A program made the position numbers and the translations under genes. A stretch of 64,000 nucleotides of DNA from Nitrospirales bacterium (GTDB taxonomy: Bacteria > Nitrospirota > Nitrospiria > Nitrospirales > UBA8639), in NCBI GenBank assembly GCA_965223295.1, contig CBDCWC010000003.1, positions 1,504,001 through 1,568,000 of the forward strand. Direction: 5' to 3'. Shown in pieces: positions 10,448 to 22,150 of the stretch (positions are counted from its first letter, which is position 1; each line of letters begins with the position of its first letter). Below the pieces are notes generated by a model. The model did not search any database and was not told where the DNA came from. It worked only from the letters and a program-made list of their open reading frames with translations.

Positions 10448-10723
10448 ATGGTCACAATAACGTTAATGGGGGATTTGCAAACCAGCGATGGTGAACGCGC
10501 ATTAGGATGCGAAGTTCAAGATTCGATCACTGTGAAACAACTGATCCGCAAGCAAGGCAAACCTTTACGAGAGATTTTTCAGTTGTTCAAGGAAAAAAAG
10601 GTTATGGTCACTGTCAACAAACGCATTGCCAGTGAAACCACAAATATTTACGACGGCGATGAAGTCAGCCTTGTCGCCCACAATGGCATGGGTCGAAGCG
10701 GACTCACTCCGAGAATATACTGA
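10448..10723 (+). CDS. MoaD/ThiS-like ubiquitin-fold protein lacking the terminal GG
   Basis: Pattern VMVTVN...IYDGDEVSLV; 91 aa. Confidence 0.7.
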   Translation: MVTITLMGDLQTSDGERALGCEVQDSITVKQLIRKQGKPLREIFQLFKEKKVMVTVNKRIASETTNIYDGDEVSLVAHNGMGRSGLTPRIY

Positions 10724-10729
10724 AAGGGA

Positions 10730-10911
10730 CTGTTGAAAAAAGCTGCCAGCGGCGAGCTCGCCAGTTTCCCGTGCTCAGGTACGGTGCGTGCGTTTCGTGC
10801 GCGAAAAGGGCTGCGGCCTTGCTGGTCGGACTTGTTTGAACAGTCCCGTCGGATTGAAGGCGCAACCCACCTTAGAGCAGGTTCGGGACCTGATATTGAA
10901 TTATTCAACAG
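10730..10911 (+). mobile_element. MITE-like repeat, family A, copy 3 (diverged)
   Basis: ctgttgaaaaaagctgccagc ... gtttgaacag ... ttattcaacag. Confidence 0.8.
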
Positions 10912-11050
10912 TGCCTGAAGGACTAGGGGAAGGGAGTTTTCACAAAAGCAGGACCAGATAAGCTGGCCCTGCTTGTTCACTGTCTTGTACTGAGGATCTG
11001 AATGGGAATGATACCGCTTACGGCACAGACCACAAACGACGATCGCCCTG

Positions 11051-11341
11051 TTATTTTTTGACGCCCAAAATCGCGTCTTTTGCGGCCTTTGCAACCCTAA
11101 ACTTAACGACCTTTTTCGCTGGAATTTTAATGGCTGCACCCGTTTGTGGGTTGCGACCCATACGAGCTTTCCGGTGTGCCAGGACGAGCTTCCCAATTCC
11201 TGGAACCACAAAAGCGTTCTTGGCTTCTTTGTAGGCCAAGGCCGAAAAATCATCAAGAATTTGCGTGGCGGTTTTCTTGGTGACATCCGCCTTTTTGGCC
11301 AGGTGATCGGCAATCTGCGACTTCGTCATGGCTTTTCCCAT
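11051..11341 (-). CDS. hup: HU family nucleoid protein
   Basis: MTKSQ...RKARMGRNPQTGAAIKIPAKKVVKF; AGGAGG RBS upstream. Confidence 0.95.
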   Translation of the reverse strand: MGKAMTKSQIADHLAKKADVTKKTATQILDDFSALAYKEAKNAFVVPGIGKLVLAHRKARMGRNPQTGAAIKIPAKKVVKFRVAKAAKDAILGVKK

Positions 11342-11673
11342 ACGGACCTCCTCCTCACATTAGAAATGATTAGTAACACAGCCCATTTGGTTTGTCAGAT
11401 TTTCAAGGAAGGGACGCCTTGTTTTGACCTTCTGCTAAGGTACCACAGGAACAAGTGTTCCTCTTTCAACAACGGCGCCAGAGTCTACCGAATGAGGCAA
11501 ATACTGTCAACAAAAAAACAAGCCCAGCGCGAGGAAAATCAATTTAATGATGCAGATCACAGAAATTCTACCTTGCTGCCCTAGCTTTTCCCCAGGTAAA
11601 GTGATGAGAAAAATTTTTTTAATACGATCATTATTTCCTTTCTAATTTTACCTGAGCGAGTGAGGCACGAACT

Positions 11674-12270
11674 ATGGGAAAAGAATTGCCAGTTTTTCCA
11701 TCACCCCAGCAATCTGAGACCGAAGAAAGAGAAGAACTTCTTTATTCTCGCGTTTTTTGTGTTCGAGAAGACTGCCCACCCTTACGCCTACTGTTAGATT
11801 TTCTGAAGTCTAAAAACCAAATCCCTCTGATTCCGAAGATGGAACAGGAAGCCTTAGAAGATTGGGACTGGGTTCACATATCCTTGGGATATCACAGAGA
11901 GCGAAAACCTATTCGTCTTTTTTGTATCAGGGACCGTGGCACATATAAAGATGTTTTTGAGACTGAACAGACAGGATTTACGAATCGACTCTCTGCCTTT
12001 GACGATGTTGAAGCGCAAATTGCTCGAGAGTGCCTTGCCAAATCTCGTTTTATTGCTACGACCCAAATGGTGAAAGACGATATTTCTGACGATGGATATG
12101 ATTTTAATGGCTGGATCTTGGAATTTTTCCAGGATAATTGCAATGGAATTGTGCAAATTGATGGACAGGGGTTTTATTCTCCCAAAGGGGAACTGGTCGT
12201 TGATATGGAAGAAGGGGTTGAATCGGGTGAGGATATTGGTCCAACGCCCAAAACCGAGGTAGAGTCGTAG
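11674..12270 (+). CDS. Hypothetical acidic protein
   Basis: 198 aa ORF with GAGG RBS and protein-like composition; no family recognised. Confidence 0.7.
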   Translation: MGKELPVFPSPQQSETEEREELLYSRVFCVREDCPPLRLLLDFLKSKNQIPLIPKMEQEALEDWDWVHISLGYHRERKPIRLFCIRDRGTYKDVFETEQTGFTNRLSAFDDVEAQIARECLAKSRFIATTQMVKDDISDDGYDFNGWILEFFQDNCNGIVQIDGQGFYSPKGELVVDMEEGVESGEDIGPTPKTEVES

Positions 12271-12322
12271 AATGTGTTTTTTTAGGTTCTCTCGCAACGT
12301 GGTACCAGTTCTTCACTGTTGT

Positions 12323-13627
12323 TCAGAGGCTCAGAGCATCAATCATGGCTTGGCCATAGGTTTGTTGTGGCACGGTCGGAAGTCCATTTCGGTACCCACA
12401 TCCATCTTTTAACACTTCGACGAGGGCTCCCTTATCTAAATGAGATGGCTCATCAATGACATCTACATCTTTCTGACACACCAAAAGATCTGCCCGACGT
12501 CCTTCCACAAGCATTCCCGTATCCATAAGCCCCAACTGCTCCGCGGCCAACCCTGTTGCCCCGAACCAAGCGGCTAAAGGAGGCATGCCTTCCTGAATTA
12601 AGGCCACTAATTCCATATAATTTCGCCCGTGCATATCCGGCAGAACCGGATCAGTTCCGGCCAATAATTTCAGGCCACTAGTATGCGCCGTTTTGACGGC
12701 TCGGGCATGACTTTCCGCCACGGTTTGAATCTTCGAGGTAATAAATTCGTTAAACTCGCCTGATTGCAACAGTCGCTGTCCAACCCAGGCTGTTGGCGTG
12801 ACTCTGCAGTCTTTGGCATAGGCTAATTCGGCTAATTCCTCATCCATAAACGAAATGTGTTGAATGTCCTTGACGCCGGATTCAATGGCTAATCGAATGC
12901 CGGCACGACTATGCGCATGTGCGGCCACGTACATGCCCCGCCCCGCCGCTTCGTCGCAAATGGCGTTCATCTCTTCCAACGTAAAATCACGATGTTCTAA
13001 ATGGTCGGTGGGAGATACCACACCCGGGCTGGCACAAATTTTCACGAGATCTCCACCACAGGCTGCAATTTCTCTGACGCGCTTTCGGCATTCCCATGGT
13101 CCATCCACAATACTGGATGGGCGTCCTGGACCCGCGGGCCAGAGACGAGACAGCTCTCCACAACAACGGTCAGGGCCTCGAAAGTCAGCATGTCCTCCTG
13201 TAGTGGACAGCATGCAAATGGCCAGCTTCAATCGAGGCCCAAGGAGCATGCCTTGGTTTACCAATCGCTTAAGAACTTGCGTGGCCCCTCCGACATCCCT
13301 GAGCGTTGTCACTCCACCATGGGCCAACGTTTTGTAAAGAATGCGTTCTGCCCAAAATGGCGCCTCGGGAGAATTCATGCGATCCAGGTTTTCATGACCA
13401 ACGCCCCATAAGGTCACGTGGCCATGGCAATCAATCAAGCCCGGGGTGACTGTGTAGGCAGAACAATCAACCTGTTGAACCTCAGAGCCTTGAGGGTGGG
13501 TGGATTTGTGAGGATGGATTGCCGTAACAATCCCTTGATCAATCCAAATATCCATACGTTCGTGTATGGCTTCAGTCGTGTCCGATGTTCCGTCATACAA
13601 CTTGTGAATATTCGATAAAATAATCAT
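12323..13627 (-). CDS. Metal-dependent amidohydrolase (Xaa-Pro dipeptidase-like)
   Basis: PGLIDCHGH, GVTTLRDVGG, AAHAH and AGTD motifs. Confidence 0.85.
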   Translation of the reverse strand: MIILSNIHKLYDGTSDTTEAIHERMDIWIDQGIVTAIHPHKSTHPQGSEVQQVDCSAYTVTPGLIDCHGHVTLWGVGHENLDRMNSPEAPFWAERILYKTLAHGGVTTLRDVGGATQVLKRLVNQGMLLGPRLKLAICMLSTTGGHADFRGPDRCCGELSRLWPAGPGRPSSIVDGPWECRKRVREIAACGGDLVKICASPGVVSPTDHLEHRDFTLEEMNAICDEAAGRGMYVAAHAHSRAGIRLAIESGVKDIQHISFMDEELAELAYAKDCRVTPTAWVGQRLLQSGEFNEFITSKIQTVAESHARAVKTAHTSGLKLLAGTDPVLPDMHGRNYMELVALIQEGMPPLAAWFGATGLAAEQLGLMDTGMLVEGRRADLLVCQKDVDVIDEPSHLDKGALVEVLKDGCGYRNGLPTVPQQTYGQAMIDALSL

Positions 13628-14001
13628 GATAGTCCTTATCAGGCCTCAATGATCGTGTTGAGTATGGTAAGAGAAACTTATCAGGACTGGAGATGAAAAT
13701 CATCAAAATGTCTAGTTTTAATCAAGAGTTTGAATATCTTCAAAAGGCTTGTTCTACGGGCCTAAGAGATTTTGCAGAACTCCTAGAATCATGCTAGTGT
13801 GAAGAGGGTGAATTCCACGATTCGTAGGTGATTGTTGAACAGCCTAAATTGGTTTCGATTTTACCCCTCAGATTCTACAACAAACTACAGTGTGGCCAGT
13901 AGCATTTAGGGTGCCCGACATCTTTTTCCACACATTTACATCGATCTTTTTTTTGCAGGAATCTCATTGCCCTCTGTTTTCAGGTGAGAAGATAGTCAAA
14001 C

Positions 14002-16854
14002 ATGACCACGTTTGCTGATCGTCATATTGGTCCATCCGATGGTCCAATTCAAGAAATGCTAGGTACGTTAGGGCTGCCTTCGTTAGATGCCCTTGTCCAG
14101 GCCAGTGTGCCTGAGGGGATCCGCATCACTCATCCCTTGAATCTTCCGTCCGCTCAATCTGAGGAAGAGATGTTGACGCAGTTGCGTCGCATGAGTGCGA
14201 AGAACCAGCTCTTCCGATCTTTCATCGGGATGGGATATTACGATTGTCTCACTCCGCCTGTCATTGCCAGGAATATTCTGGAAAACCCTGCCTGGTATAC
14301 GCAATACACGCCTTACCAAGCAGAAATTGCTCAAGGTCGGTTGGAAGCCTTACTTAACTTCCAAACCATGGTGGCTGATCTAACGGGTCTTCCTTTAGCC
14401 AATGCCTCTTTGTTAGACGAGGCCACTGCGGCAGCAGAAGCCATGAGCATGTGCCGGGCTATCAGCAAAGTTCAGGGACAAACATTTTTTGTAGCTGAAG
14501 ACTGTCACCCGCAGACGCTGGCGGTGTTGCTGACGAGAGCGCAACCACTAAATATCGACATTCAAGTCGGCGATCCAGATATTCTGGACTTCAGACCAGA
14601 CGTCATTTTCGGACTATTCCTTTCCTATCCATCAACCAATGGCTCCCTACGATCCTACAAGGGAATTATAGAAAAAGCTCACGAAGCCGGAGCCCGAGTT
14701 GTTGTCAGTACCGATCTCTTGGCTCTCACCTTGGTGGTGCCTCCGGGGGAATGGGGTGCTGATATTGCGATCGGGTCATCACAGCGGTTTGGCGTCCCCA
14801 TGGGCTATGGTGGGCCTCATGCCGCGTTCATGTCTGTACAAGAACAATTTAAACGCCAGATTCCTGGGAGAGTAGTCGGAGTTTCAAAAGATACAGAAGG
14901 ACGGAAAGCCTATCGACTGGCCTTGCAGACACGCGAACAACATATTCGCCGAGACCGAGCCACGAGCAACATTTGTACGGCTCAGGTCCTACTTGCCAAT
15001 ATGGCCGGGATGTATGCCGTCTATCATGGTCCTGAAGGATTAAAAGCGATGGCTACACGTATTCACCATCTTACCAATGCAGCGGCTGAAGGCCTGCGTC
15101 GTCTGAGATGCGAAGTGTCACCACAAGCTTTCTTCGATACCATTCGTGTGAAAAGTTCCTTGCTTCCTGCTGACACAATCGAACACAACACCCAACAGGC
15201 TCACATCAATCTTCGACGATATGAGGATGATTCGTTTGGGATTTCTTTGGATGAAACCGCAACCATTCAAGATGTGCGCGATATTCTCACCGTGTTCTCA
15301 AGCGCTGAATTATTACCCTGTTCGGCGGATCAATTACATGAGAAGCACAGTAGTGCGATTCCAACCGAACTGCAGCGGCAATCCCCCTATCTGACTCATT
15401 CAGTATTTCATGAGTATCATTCTGAACATGAGCTTCTTCGCTATATGCATCGGTTGCAATCCAAAGATCTTTCGCTGGTTCATTCGATGATTCCTTTAGG
15501 GTCTTGTACGATGAAACTGAATGCGACAGCCGAAATGATTCCGGTGACTTGGCCCGAGTTCAGTCGGCTACATCCGTTTGTCCCTGCTGAACAAGCCAAA
15601 GGGTACCATCAGTTGATCCAGCAACTGGAAACCTGGTTAGCGGAAATTTCTGGGTTTGCTGCTGTGTCCTTGCAACCCAATGCTGGTTCACAAGGCGAAT
15701 ATGCGGGCTTAATGGTCATTCGAGCCTATCACGAACAACGGGGCCACATGCAAAGAAATGTGTGCCTCATCCCAGTTTCGGCCCATGGCACCAATCCAGC
15801 CAGCGCCGTCATTGCAGGAATGCAGGTGGTGCCTGTGGATTGTGATCTCCAAGGCAACATCGATTTGCAGGATTTACAGGGCAAGTGTGAGAAATATCAG
15901 GAGAGTCTTGGCGCCTTAATGGTGACCTATCCATCCACTCATGGCGTGTTCGAGGAAACCATTCGTGACGTTTGCAAAATTGTGCATGCTCACGGCGGTC
16001 AGGTGTATATGGATGGCGCGAATATGAATGCGATGGTCGGGCTGGTTCAACCAGGCCAAGTTGGTGCTGATGTGTGCCATCTTAATCTTCATAAAACCTT
16101 TTGTATCCCCCACGGTGGGGGGGGGCCAGGAATGGGACCCATTGGCGTGGCTGAACATCTCAAGCCGTTTTTGCCTAATCATCCTTTAGTTTCAACTGGG
16201 GGCCCCCAAAGCTTTGGCGCTATTGCCGCCGCACCTTTCGGAAGCCCGAATATCCTGCCAATTTCGTGGGCATTTATCAGTCTGATGGGTGGCGATGGTC
16301 TTATCAAAGCCACACAAGTTGCCATTTTGAATGCGAACTATATGGCCAAACGGCTCCATAAATATTTCTCCGTGCTGTTTACGGGAAAGAATGGTATGGC
16401 GGCACACGAGTTTATCCTTGATCTTCGTCCCTTTAAAAAATCCGCTGGCGTTGAAGTCGAAGATGTGGCCAAACGCCTCATGGATTATGGCTTCCACGCT
16501 CCTACGATTTCGTGGCCGGTCCCTGGCACGATGATGGTCGAGCCCACTGAAAGCGAATCGAAAGCCGAATTAGATCGCTATTGCGACGCGCTTATTCACA
16601 TTCGTCAAGAAATTGCTGATATTGAAGAAGGCCGCTTGTCGCGAGAAGATAACCCTCTGAAACATGCCCCACATACCATCGAAGCGATTGCGCAATCGGA
16701 ATGGAATCATCCGTATTCACGAGAACAAGCCGCTTTCCCTGTACCGTGGTTAAGGGAACACAAATTTTGGCCGGCTGTCTCACGTATTGATAGTGCTTAT
16801 GGGGATCGAAACCTAGTTTGTACATGCCCTCCGATGGACGCCTATTCTTCTTAG
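14002..16854 (+). CDS. gcvP: Glycine dehydrogenase (decarboxylating), single-chain P protein
   Basis: [26 protein letters not shown] lysine motif HLNLHKTF, C-terminal [10 protein letters not shown]. Confidence 0.97.
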   Translation: MTTFADRHIGPSDGPIQEMLGTLGLPSLDALVQASVPEGIRITHPLNLPSAQSEEEMLTQLRRMSAKNQLFRSFIGMGYYDCLTPPVIARNILENPAWYTQYTPYQAEIAQGRLEALLNFQTMVADLTGLPLANASLLDEATAAAEAMSMCRAISKVQGQTFFVAEDCHPQTLAVLLTRAQPLNIDIQVGDPDILDFRPDVIFGLFLSYPSTNGSLRSYKGIIEKAHEAGARVVVSTDLLALTLVVPPGEWGADIAIGSSQRFGVPMGYGGPHAAFMSVQEQFKRQIPGRVVGVSKDTEGRKAYRLALQTREQHIRRDRATSNICTAQVLLANMAGMYAVYHGPEGLKAMATRIHHLTNAAAEGLRRLRCEVSPQAFFDTIRVKSSLLPADTIEHNTQQAHINLRRYEDDSFGISLDETATIQDVRDILTVFSSAELLPCSADQLHEKHSSAIPTELQRQSPYLTHSVFHEYHSEHELLRYMHRLQSKDLSLVHSMIPLGSCTMKLNATAEMIPVTWPEFSRLHPFVPAEQAKGYHQLIQQLETWLAEISGFAAVSLQPNAGSQGEYAGLMVIRAYHEQRGHMQRNVCLIPVSAHGTNPASAVIAGMQVVPVDCDLQGNIDLQDLQGKCEKYQESLGALMVTYPSTHGVFEETIRDVCKIVHAHGGQVYMDGANMNAMVGLVQPGQVGADVCHLNLHKTFCIPHGGGGPGMGPIGVAEHLKPFLPNHPLVSTGGPQSFGAIAAAPFGSPNILPISWAFISLMGGDGLIKATQVAILNANYMAKRLHKYFSVLFTGKNGMAAHEFILDLRPFKKSAGVEVEDVAKRLMDYGFHAPTISWPVPGTMMVEPTESESKAELDRYCDALIHIRQEIADIEEGRLSREDNPLKHAPHTIEAIAQSEWNHPYSREQAAFPVPWLREHKFWPAVSRIDSAYGDRNLVCTCPPMDAYSS

Positions 16855-16911
16855 GGTGTTCAGAGCCTCGTGAAAAATTTGAATAGTCTGTACTCATTTC
16901 TCTCATAGAGA

Positions 16912-17094
16912 GTATTGAACAATAAAGTTATCAAAGGCCATATTTTGCCATGAAGCCCTTGGCGATCAACAGCATCGGGTCGGTTCAAAAAAGTCCGTCC
17001 AACAAGGCCGCAGGCATTTTTGCGCGCGGAGCGTACTGGCACGACGTGAGCACAGAACAATGGCGAGAACGCTGTTGGCGGCTTTTTTCAAGAG
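16912..17094 (-). mobile_element. MITE-like repeat, family A, copy 4
   Basis: gtattgaacaataaag ... ggcttttttcaagag; reverse complement of the family core. Confidence 0.85.
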
Positions 17095-17119
17095 ACCCAT
17101 GTAGAATGAGAATGATTCT

Positions 17120-18379
17120 ATGAAAGCTTCTAGCCCTCATCACTTACTCATTGGCATGCTCTTAGGCATTGTCTTGGGTATCCTCCTGGGCGGGTTTGTG
17201 CCTTCTATCGGGTTGAGCATCGCCTTTATTGGCGATTTGTTTTTGCAAGCTCTTTTTGCCCTGGTTGTCCCTTTGGTGATGAGTTCGATGATTGTGGGGA
17301 TTGCTAGCCTGGGAGATGTGCGGCAACTAGGATCGATTGGATTACGCACGATACTTTTCTTTATGACCACGACCGGCTTGGCTGTATTAATTGGTCTCAT
17401 CTTGGTCGTGACCATTCACCCAGGAACGCCGACAGATCAATCCACAGTGAAGACCTCTGACTCCCACATTTCAGAAATTTCTGAACGCATGGAAGATAGA
17501 CCGACCACGCTCAGTGATTTGTTTAAATCCATTCTCACGAGTTTAGTCCCCGAGAACTTGTTTGCGGCAATGGCCGAAACACAAATCTTGCCATTGATTG
17601 TGTTTGCCTTGGTGTTCGGCGGCGTCCTCACGACCATCGGTGAAAAAGGCGCGTTAGTGATCAAGGTTTTTGAAGGCATCAATGAAGCCATGATGGCCAT
17701 CGTGCATCTGCTCATGTGGATTGCCCCAGTGGGTATTGGGGCGTTGCTAGCCGGACGGTTAGGGGAAGCCGGCGGGTTTTCAGGTTTTTGGCCGCAACTA
17801 GCCAGTCTCGGAAGTTATGTGGGCACCGTGCTCTTAGCTCTTGTCATTCATGGGTTCGTGATCCTGCCAATAGCCTTACAATTTTTAGGCAAACAATCTG
17901 TTCCTGCCTATTTGAAAGCGATGACTACGCCACTCATGACCGCGTTCTCGACTAGCTCCAGTTCAGCGACGTTGCCACTCACGATGGAAAGTCTGATTGA
18001 AGAGGCCAAAATTTCACGGCGGGTCACCAGTTTTGTGATCCCGTTAGGAGCGACAATCAACATGAATGGCACAGCCCTCTATGAGGCGGTGGCTGCCATG
18101 TTCATTGCTCAAACCTATGGTATTGAAATGGGGTTGGGGGAAACCATAATTGTGCTGCTTACCGCGACGCTCTCAGCGGTTGGTGCTGCCGGTATTCCGG
18201 AGGCCGGACTCGTCACGATGGTCATCGTGCTCAAAGCCGTCGATCTTCCAATTGAGGGTATTTCGTTAATCTTAGTGGTGGATTGGTTTTTAGACCGCTG
18301 CCGCACCACGATCAATGTCTGGAGTGATGCCATCGGCGCTGCTGTGATTGACCGATGGGAATCTGGAGCTCAGACCTAA
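17120..18379 (+). CDS. Dicarboxylate/amino acid:cation symporter (GltP/DAACS family)
   Basis: FSTSSSSATLP, GATINMNGT, AAGIP and DRCRT motifs. Confidence 0.93.
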   Translation: MKASSPHHLLIGMLLGIVLGILLGGFVPSIGLSIAFIGDLFLQALFALVVPLVMSSMIVGIASLGDVRQLGSIGLRTILFFMTTTGLAVLIGLILVVTIHPGTPTDQSTVKTSDSHISEISERMEDRPTTLSDLFKSILTSLVPENLFAAMAETQILPLIVFALVFGGVLTTIGEKGALVIKVFEGINEAMMAIVHLLMWIAPVGIGALLAGRLGEAGGFSGFWPQLASLGSYVGTVLLALVIHGFVILPIALQFLGKQSVPAYLKAMTTPLMTAFSTSSSSATLPLTMESLIEEAKISRRVTSFVIPLGATINMNGTALYEAVAAMFIAQTYGIEMGLGETIIVLLTATLSAVGAAGIPEAGLVTMVIVLKAVDLPIEGISLILVVDWFLDRCRTTINVWSDAIGAAVIDRWESGAQT

Positions 18380-18458
18380 ATTAAAGTAGATCTTCGCTGG
18401 TCCTCCACAACGGTGGGGTAGATTATGCTCGGATACTCCATCAGCGTTGTCATTTATG

Positions 18459-19364
18459 CTAGATGGCCTTGTGGCGACGCCAGGCGTTGAAAAAGGCGTG
18501 CCCCCACATTGTGCTAATGAAAATAATCCCTAAAACCGTGCTGGCATTTCGAAGCCCCCAGGGATGTTGATGGATTCGAATAAAGGTCACTTCGTTTGGA
18601 GCGGAAATTGTGCCGCGTCCCGAAATAGTTGTGGAGTGCTCAAAAAGGGGAACGGCAACTTTGAATTCTTTCTCATCAAATGGTCGTACAACGTCTCCTG
18701 AGGAATGATGAATATATGAAATTCTGTCAAATTCAATTGGTTGTCCAACTCGTGAGTGTCTTTCCTTGAGCGTTTTCACGAAATGATTGTCGGCATTGTA
18801 TGGGCCATCAATCAAGACGATGGGAAGTGCAAAATATAATAGGAACAATGTCAGGGATAAACCGATATTGAAGATGGACCATTGCGGAAAAGAAAAAGGC
18901 CGATATACTGCACTTTCCCAATGCCATATGAGATAAAGGACACCGCATCCTGTCAGAATATATGTGGGGAGACTTTCTGGCCAAAACCATCCCACATTCC
19001 ATAAATTCCATGAAATGGGTGCCAAGAAATGGACTCCGTTGGCTAATTTTGTTTGCAAGGCATCCAGGAGCAAATGTAAGGATGAGTTCACGCTCAGAAT
19101 GAGAAAGACTGCTCTTGGTGCTTGTGAAAGAAATGCCAGGGCTCCGCATAAACATAACGTGACCAATAAAGAGGCTTGCGCAATACAGTACAGACGGATG
19201 GAATAGGGGTCGCTACTCAAGCCAGTTGCGGTGATCACACGTTGAAAGATCCAGGGCATGTCTGGCAGTAGGCAACCCAAGGCAACAAGTTTCGGATCGA
19301 TTCCAGGTTTGACCAGATGGTTCAATACCCCCTGGGCGCCTAAGTGCGCTAACGTGTTTGGCAT
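18459..19364 (-). CDS. Membrane protein, putative metal-dependent hydrolase (YdjM-like)
   Basis: N-terminal H, LLPD and HLLLD motifs; multiple TM helices. Confidence 0.6.
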   Translation of the reverse strand: MPNTLAHLGAQGVLNHLVKPGIDPKLVALGCLLPDMPWIFQRVITATGLSSDPYSIRLYCIAQASLLVTLCLCGALAFLSQAPRAVFLILSVNSSLHLLLDALQTKLANGVHFLAPISWNLWNVGWFWPESLPTYILTGCGVLYLIWHWESAVYRPFSFPQWSIFNIGLSLTLFLLYFALPIVLIDGPYNADNHFVKTLKERHSRVGQPIEFDRISYIHHSSGDVVRPFDEKEFKVAVPLFEHSTTISGRGTISAPNEVTFIRIHQHPWGLRNASTVLGIIFISTMWGHAFFNAWRRHKAI

Positions 19365-19587
19365 ATTATTCTCGTGGGCTCATATTTGGCACATTTTTGG
19401 GGTAGGTATGGAAAGGGTTTAGTGACCACTTTTTTCATACGTAGAGACTAACAGATCGCTCTTCGTATACTGAGTGGGAACTCAATTTTTTACATTGGAC
19501 AAGGTAAGCATCTCTAGGTATGAATCCCATCATCTTAAATGCCCAACTTTGTTCCATTATAGGTCGCAAGAAAGGAGAATTCATCAG

Positions 19588-20859
19588 ATGCTTCTCTCTT
19601 TGAAAAATGTACTTACCTGGTTACGTCCCTGTTCTCGGATCCTTGTTTTAGTGGGGAGTAGCCTGTGTGTAGGCTGTAACATGGTAGGAGGGGCGTTTGA
19701 GCATGAACCCAAGGATTTGCAAAAGAATGTGAGCATTGAGGCTCGGGAACTCATGAGGCAGGCTTTTGATGGGATTGAATCATCAGCCCGTCGGGATTAT
19801 CACACTCACATCTTGGGGATGAATACTGAACTGAATGGTACGTTTGTGAATGAAGGCTGGCAATCGCCCTGGAGTGGGTTGATTCATTACATTCAATTCG
19901 AGGTGTATAAGAGTTCGGCAGCAATCACTGATGTCGAGCAGGCTGACGCGCAATACCTGGCGCGTCTGAAAGACCTCATCCAACACATGCCTAATCATGG
20001 CAAGTTTGGGATTATGGCCTTTGATTATTTTCATGACGAACAAGGGAAACGCGATCCTTTATTGACGACATTTCATGTGCCGAATGACTATGTCATGAAA
20101 ATTGTCGCAGAGAATCCCGACCTCTTTTTCCCAATCATTTCTATCCATCCCTATCGAAAAGATGCGGTCAGGGTTCTGCGGGACTATGCGGAACAAGGCG
20201 TGCGGTTTGTGAAGTGGCTGCCCAATGCAATGGGGATTCATCCCGATTCAGAAACTATGAGAGAAAAGCTAGAAGCCTATTATGAAATTATGCATGAATA
20301 TGACATGGTGTTGATCTCCCATACTGGTGATGAAAAGGCCACCGAAGCCGAAGAATTTCAAAATTTGGGAAATCCGCTATTCTTGCGGAAACCCTTGGAC
20401 ATGGGAGTGAAAGTGGTGATGGCTCACGTCGCTAGTCTAGGTGACTGTAAAGAAGAAGATGCCAAAATCTGTACACCAGGGACTCCGTATATTGATCTGG
20501 CCATTGAGATGTTGAAAGAGCCGCGGTACCAGCAAGTGTTATTTGCCGACATCTCGGCTTTGACACAAGATAATCGAAAACACAACCTCGATAAAGTGCT
20601 GGCGGCTCCTGCGATCCATTCACAACTCATCAATGGAAGCGATTATCCATTACCGGCTGTCAATATTGTGATTCAAACCCGGAGCCTAGAGTCTTCCGGA
20701 TACATTACGGCCCAAGAACGCGACGCACTCAACGAAATCTATGATTACAATCCCTTACTGTTTGATTTCGTTTTGAAACGTACGCTACGTCACACCCAAA
20801 CCGGTGTACAATTTCCCGCCTCAGTCTTCATTGAACATCCGCTGGTGCCTACGGATTGA
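19588..20859 (+). CDS. Amidohydrolase-2 family protein, probable lipoprotein
   Basis: AAGGAG RBS before ATG 19588; LCVGC lipobox-like motif; DYHTH, SHTG, MAH and NGSDYP. Confidence 0.8.
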   Translation: MLLSLKNVLTWLRPCSRILVLVGSSLCVGCNMVGGAFEHEPKDLQKNVSIEARELMRQAFDGIESSARRDYHTHILGMNTELNGTFVNEGWQSPWSGLIHYIQFEVYKSSAAITDVEQADAQYLARLKDLIQHMPNHGKFGIMAFDYFHDEQGKRDPLLTTFHVPNDYVMKIVAENPDLFFPIISIHPYRKDAVRVLRDYAEQGVRFVKWLPNAMGIHPDSETMREKLEAYYEIMHEYDMVLISHTGDEKATEAEEFQNLGNPLFLRKPLDMGVKVVMAHVASLGDCKEEDAKICTPGTPYIDLAIEMLKEPRYQQVLFADISALTQDNRKHNLDKVLAAPAIHSQLINGSDYPLPAVNIVIQTRSLESSGYITAQERDALNEIYDYNPLLFDFVLKRTLRHTQTGVQFPASVFIEHPLVPTD

Positions 20860-20968
20860 AATCAGTTCTCTTCCCAAAAATTACTTTTGCTAAGCCTCAT
20901 GTGTCTCATTCTCCCATTGTAGGTGTATGAACAAAGTTCATCTGTCTTGTCGTGAGGGTTGGGCTCTA

Positions 20969-21042
20969 GTCATTCCCGTGAAAACGGGAATCCAGGATCC
21001 AGGCAGGGCTTCTGGATGCCCGCCTACAACTGCGGGCATGAC
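20969..21042. repeat. REP-like palindromic element with two hairpins
   Basis: GTCATTCCCGtgaaaaCGGGAATCCAG ... CTGGATGCCCGCctacaactGCGGGCATGAC; the two halves are inverted copies; lies between convergent genes. Confidence 0.8.
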
Positions 21043-21108
21043 GCACCGAGGCCTCACCCCCGAACACAGGTCTCAATGAGAGATAGCTTTTTTTAACGGC
21101 CTCAAAAA

Positions 21109-21963
21109 TCAGGAATGATGCCAGAGGGACAGGACGGCAGGTTGGGATCGGGGACGGAGCGGTTTGTCGTGTATGTCGTGACCCCGGCAAACGAGGCCGG
21201 TGGATTCCGCGATGCTATGCGCAATCTTGGCTTCAGCAGGGCTGTGATTGATCATGACAAACGTGCCACCTATGACGAGGTTCTTGGCTATTTGTGCAAA
21301 CAGGGCCGATGGATCGAATAAACTAAGCGGAAGACGCCAGGCCAGGAGGGGCTTTGGTGTGACGAATGGGTACCAGGCTGTGATGATGTCTGCCGCCTTG
21401 TCATAGTGGCGGTAATCCTCAACCACATACCTCGTTTGCGGAACATCTTGAATGTGCCCCTGGGCATAGTCAAAGCGGCTGCGTCCATTACAATACACAC
21501 GATAGCCATCGACTTCCGTTCCGACTAATCCTGATGGCTGAAAAAAAGCGTGTAAGGCGGCAGCATACGCAAAATTGGAACTTCCCACATCGCAGACCTG
21601 CTGGTGTTGATAGATCGTCCAATTCAATGTGTTCCGCGCATGATGCAAGACATCAAGATATCCATAATTGAGCAGGCTGGTCTCCGGAGAATATCGCGAT
21701 TCAAAGCGCGTGTCGTACACCCGGTTTAATTCCTCGATGCGATCACATTGCCATGAAGAAAGATCACGATGCATCCCATTGGGTATTTCCCGATAGGTGC
21801 CTCGGGACCATCGTAAGGCCTGTGTAGCCTCGTACCATATGCGATGGTACCCTGACCGCAAACGGTCAGTCATAGTGATGGGAAGAGGTGTCATTGCCTG
21901 AGAATAGGCCAGATAAGATTCGTTTGTTTCCTGTATGTCGCCCTGATTGAATTGCGTGTCCAT
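21109..21963 (-). CDS. Putative class I SAM-dependent methyltransferase (start uncertain)
   Basis: VCDVGSS motif I, GTEVD and LVIGGTF; the ORF is open to 22083. Confidence 0.6.
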   Translation of the reverse strand: MDTQFNQGDIQETNESYLAYSQAMTPLPITMTDRLRSGYHRIWYEATQALRWSRGTYREIPNGMHRDLSSWQCDRIEELNRVYDTRFESRYSPETSLLNYGYLDVLHHARNTLNWTIYQHQQVCDVGSSNFAYAAALHAFFQPSGLVGTEVDGYRVYCNGRSRFDYAQGHIQDVPQTRYVVEDYRHYDKAADIITAWYPFVTPKPLLAWRLPLSLFDPSALFAQIAKNLVIGGTFVMINHSPAEAKIAHSIAESTGLVCRGHDIHDKPLRPRSQPAVLSLWHHS

Positions 21964-22150
21964 TGCTGGTTTTTCCCCCTGTTTTATATCGGTTTCCCTC
22001 GATCTACTCTTAATGGTCTCGTTGACCTGTTGAGAAAAGCTGAGTAATCGATTGTCAGTGGGTAGGTGTTGATTTGGCGCCAAAGTATCGTCTTTTGGCG
22101 TGGGATTTTATGACAGAGCCAGAAAGGGTGGGTTGAAGGGAAAAGAAGGG

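Noticed and set aside
10648-11584. Long ORFs overlapping the HU gene
   Set aside because: Shadow frames of a well-supported gene and a MITE.
13630-14001. Glycine riboswitch upstream of gcvP
   Set aside because: Only scattered fragments (ggaga, tcagg); no recognisable aptamer order or pairing.
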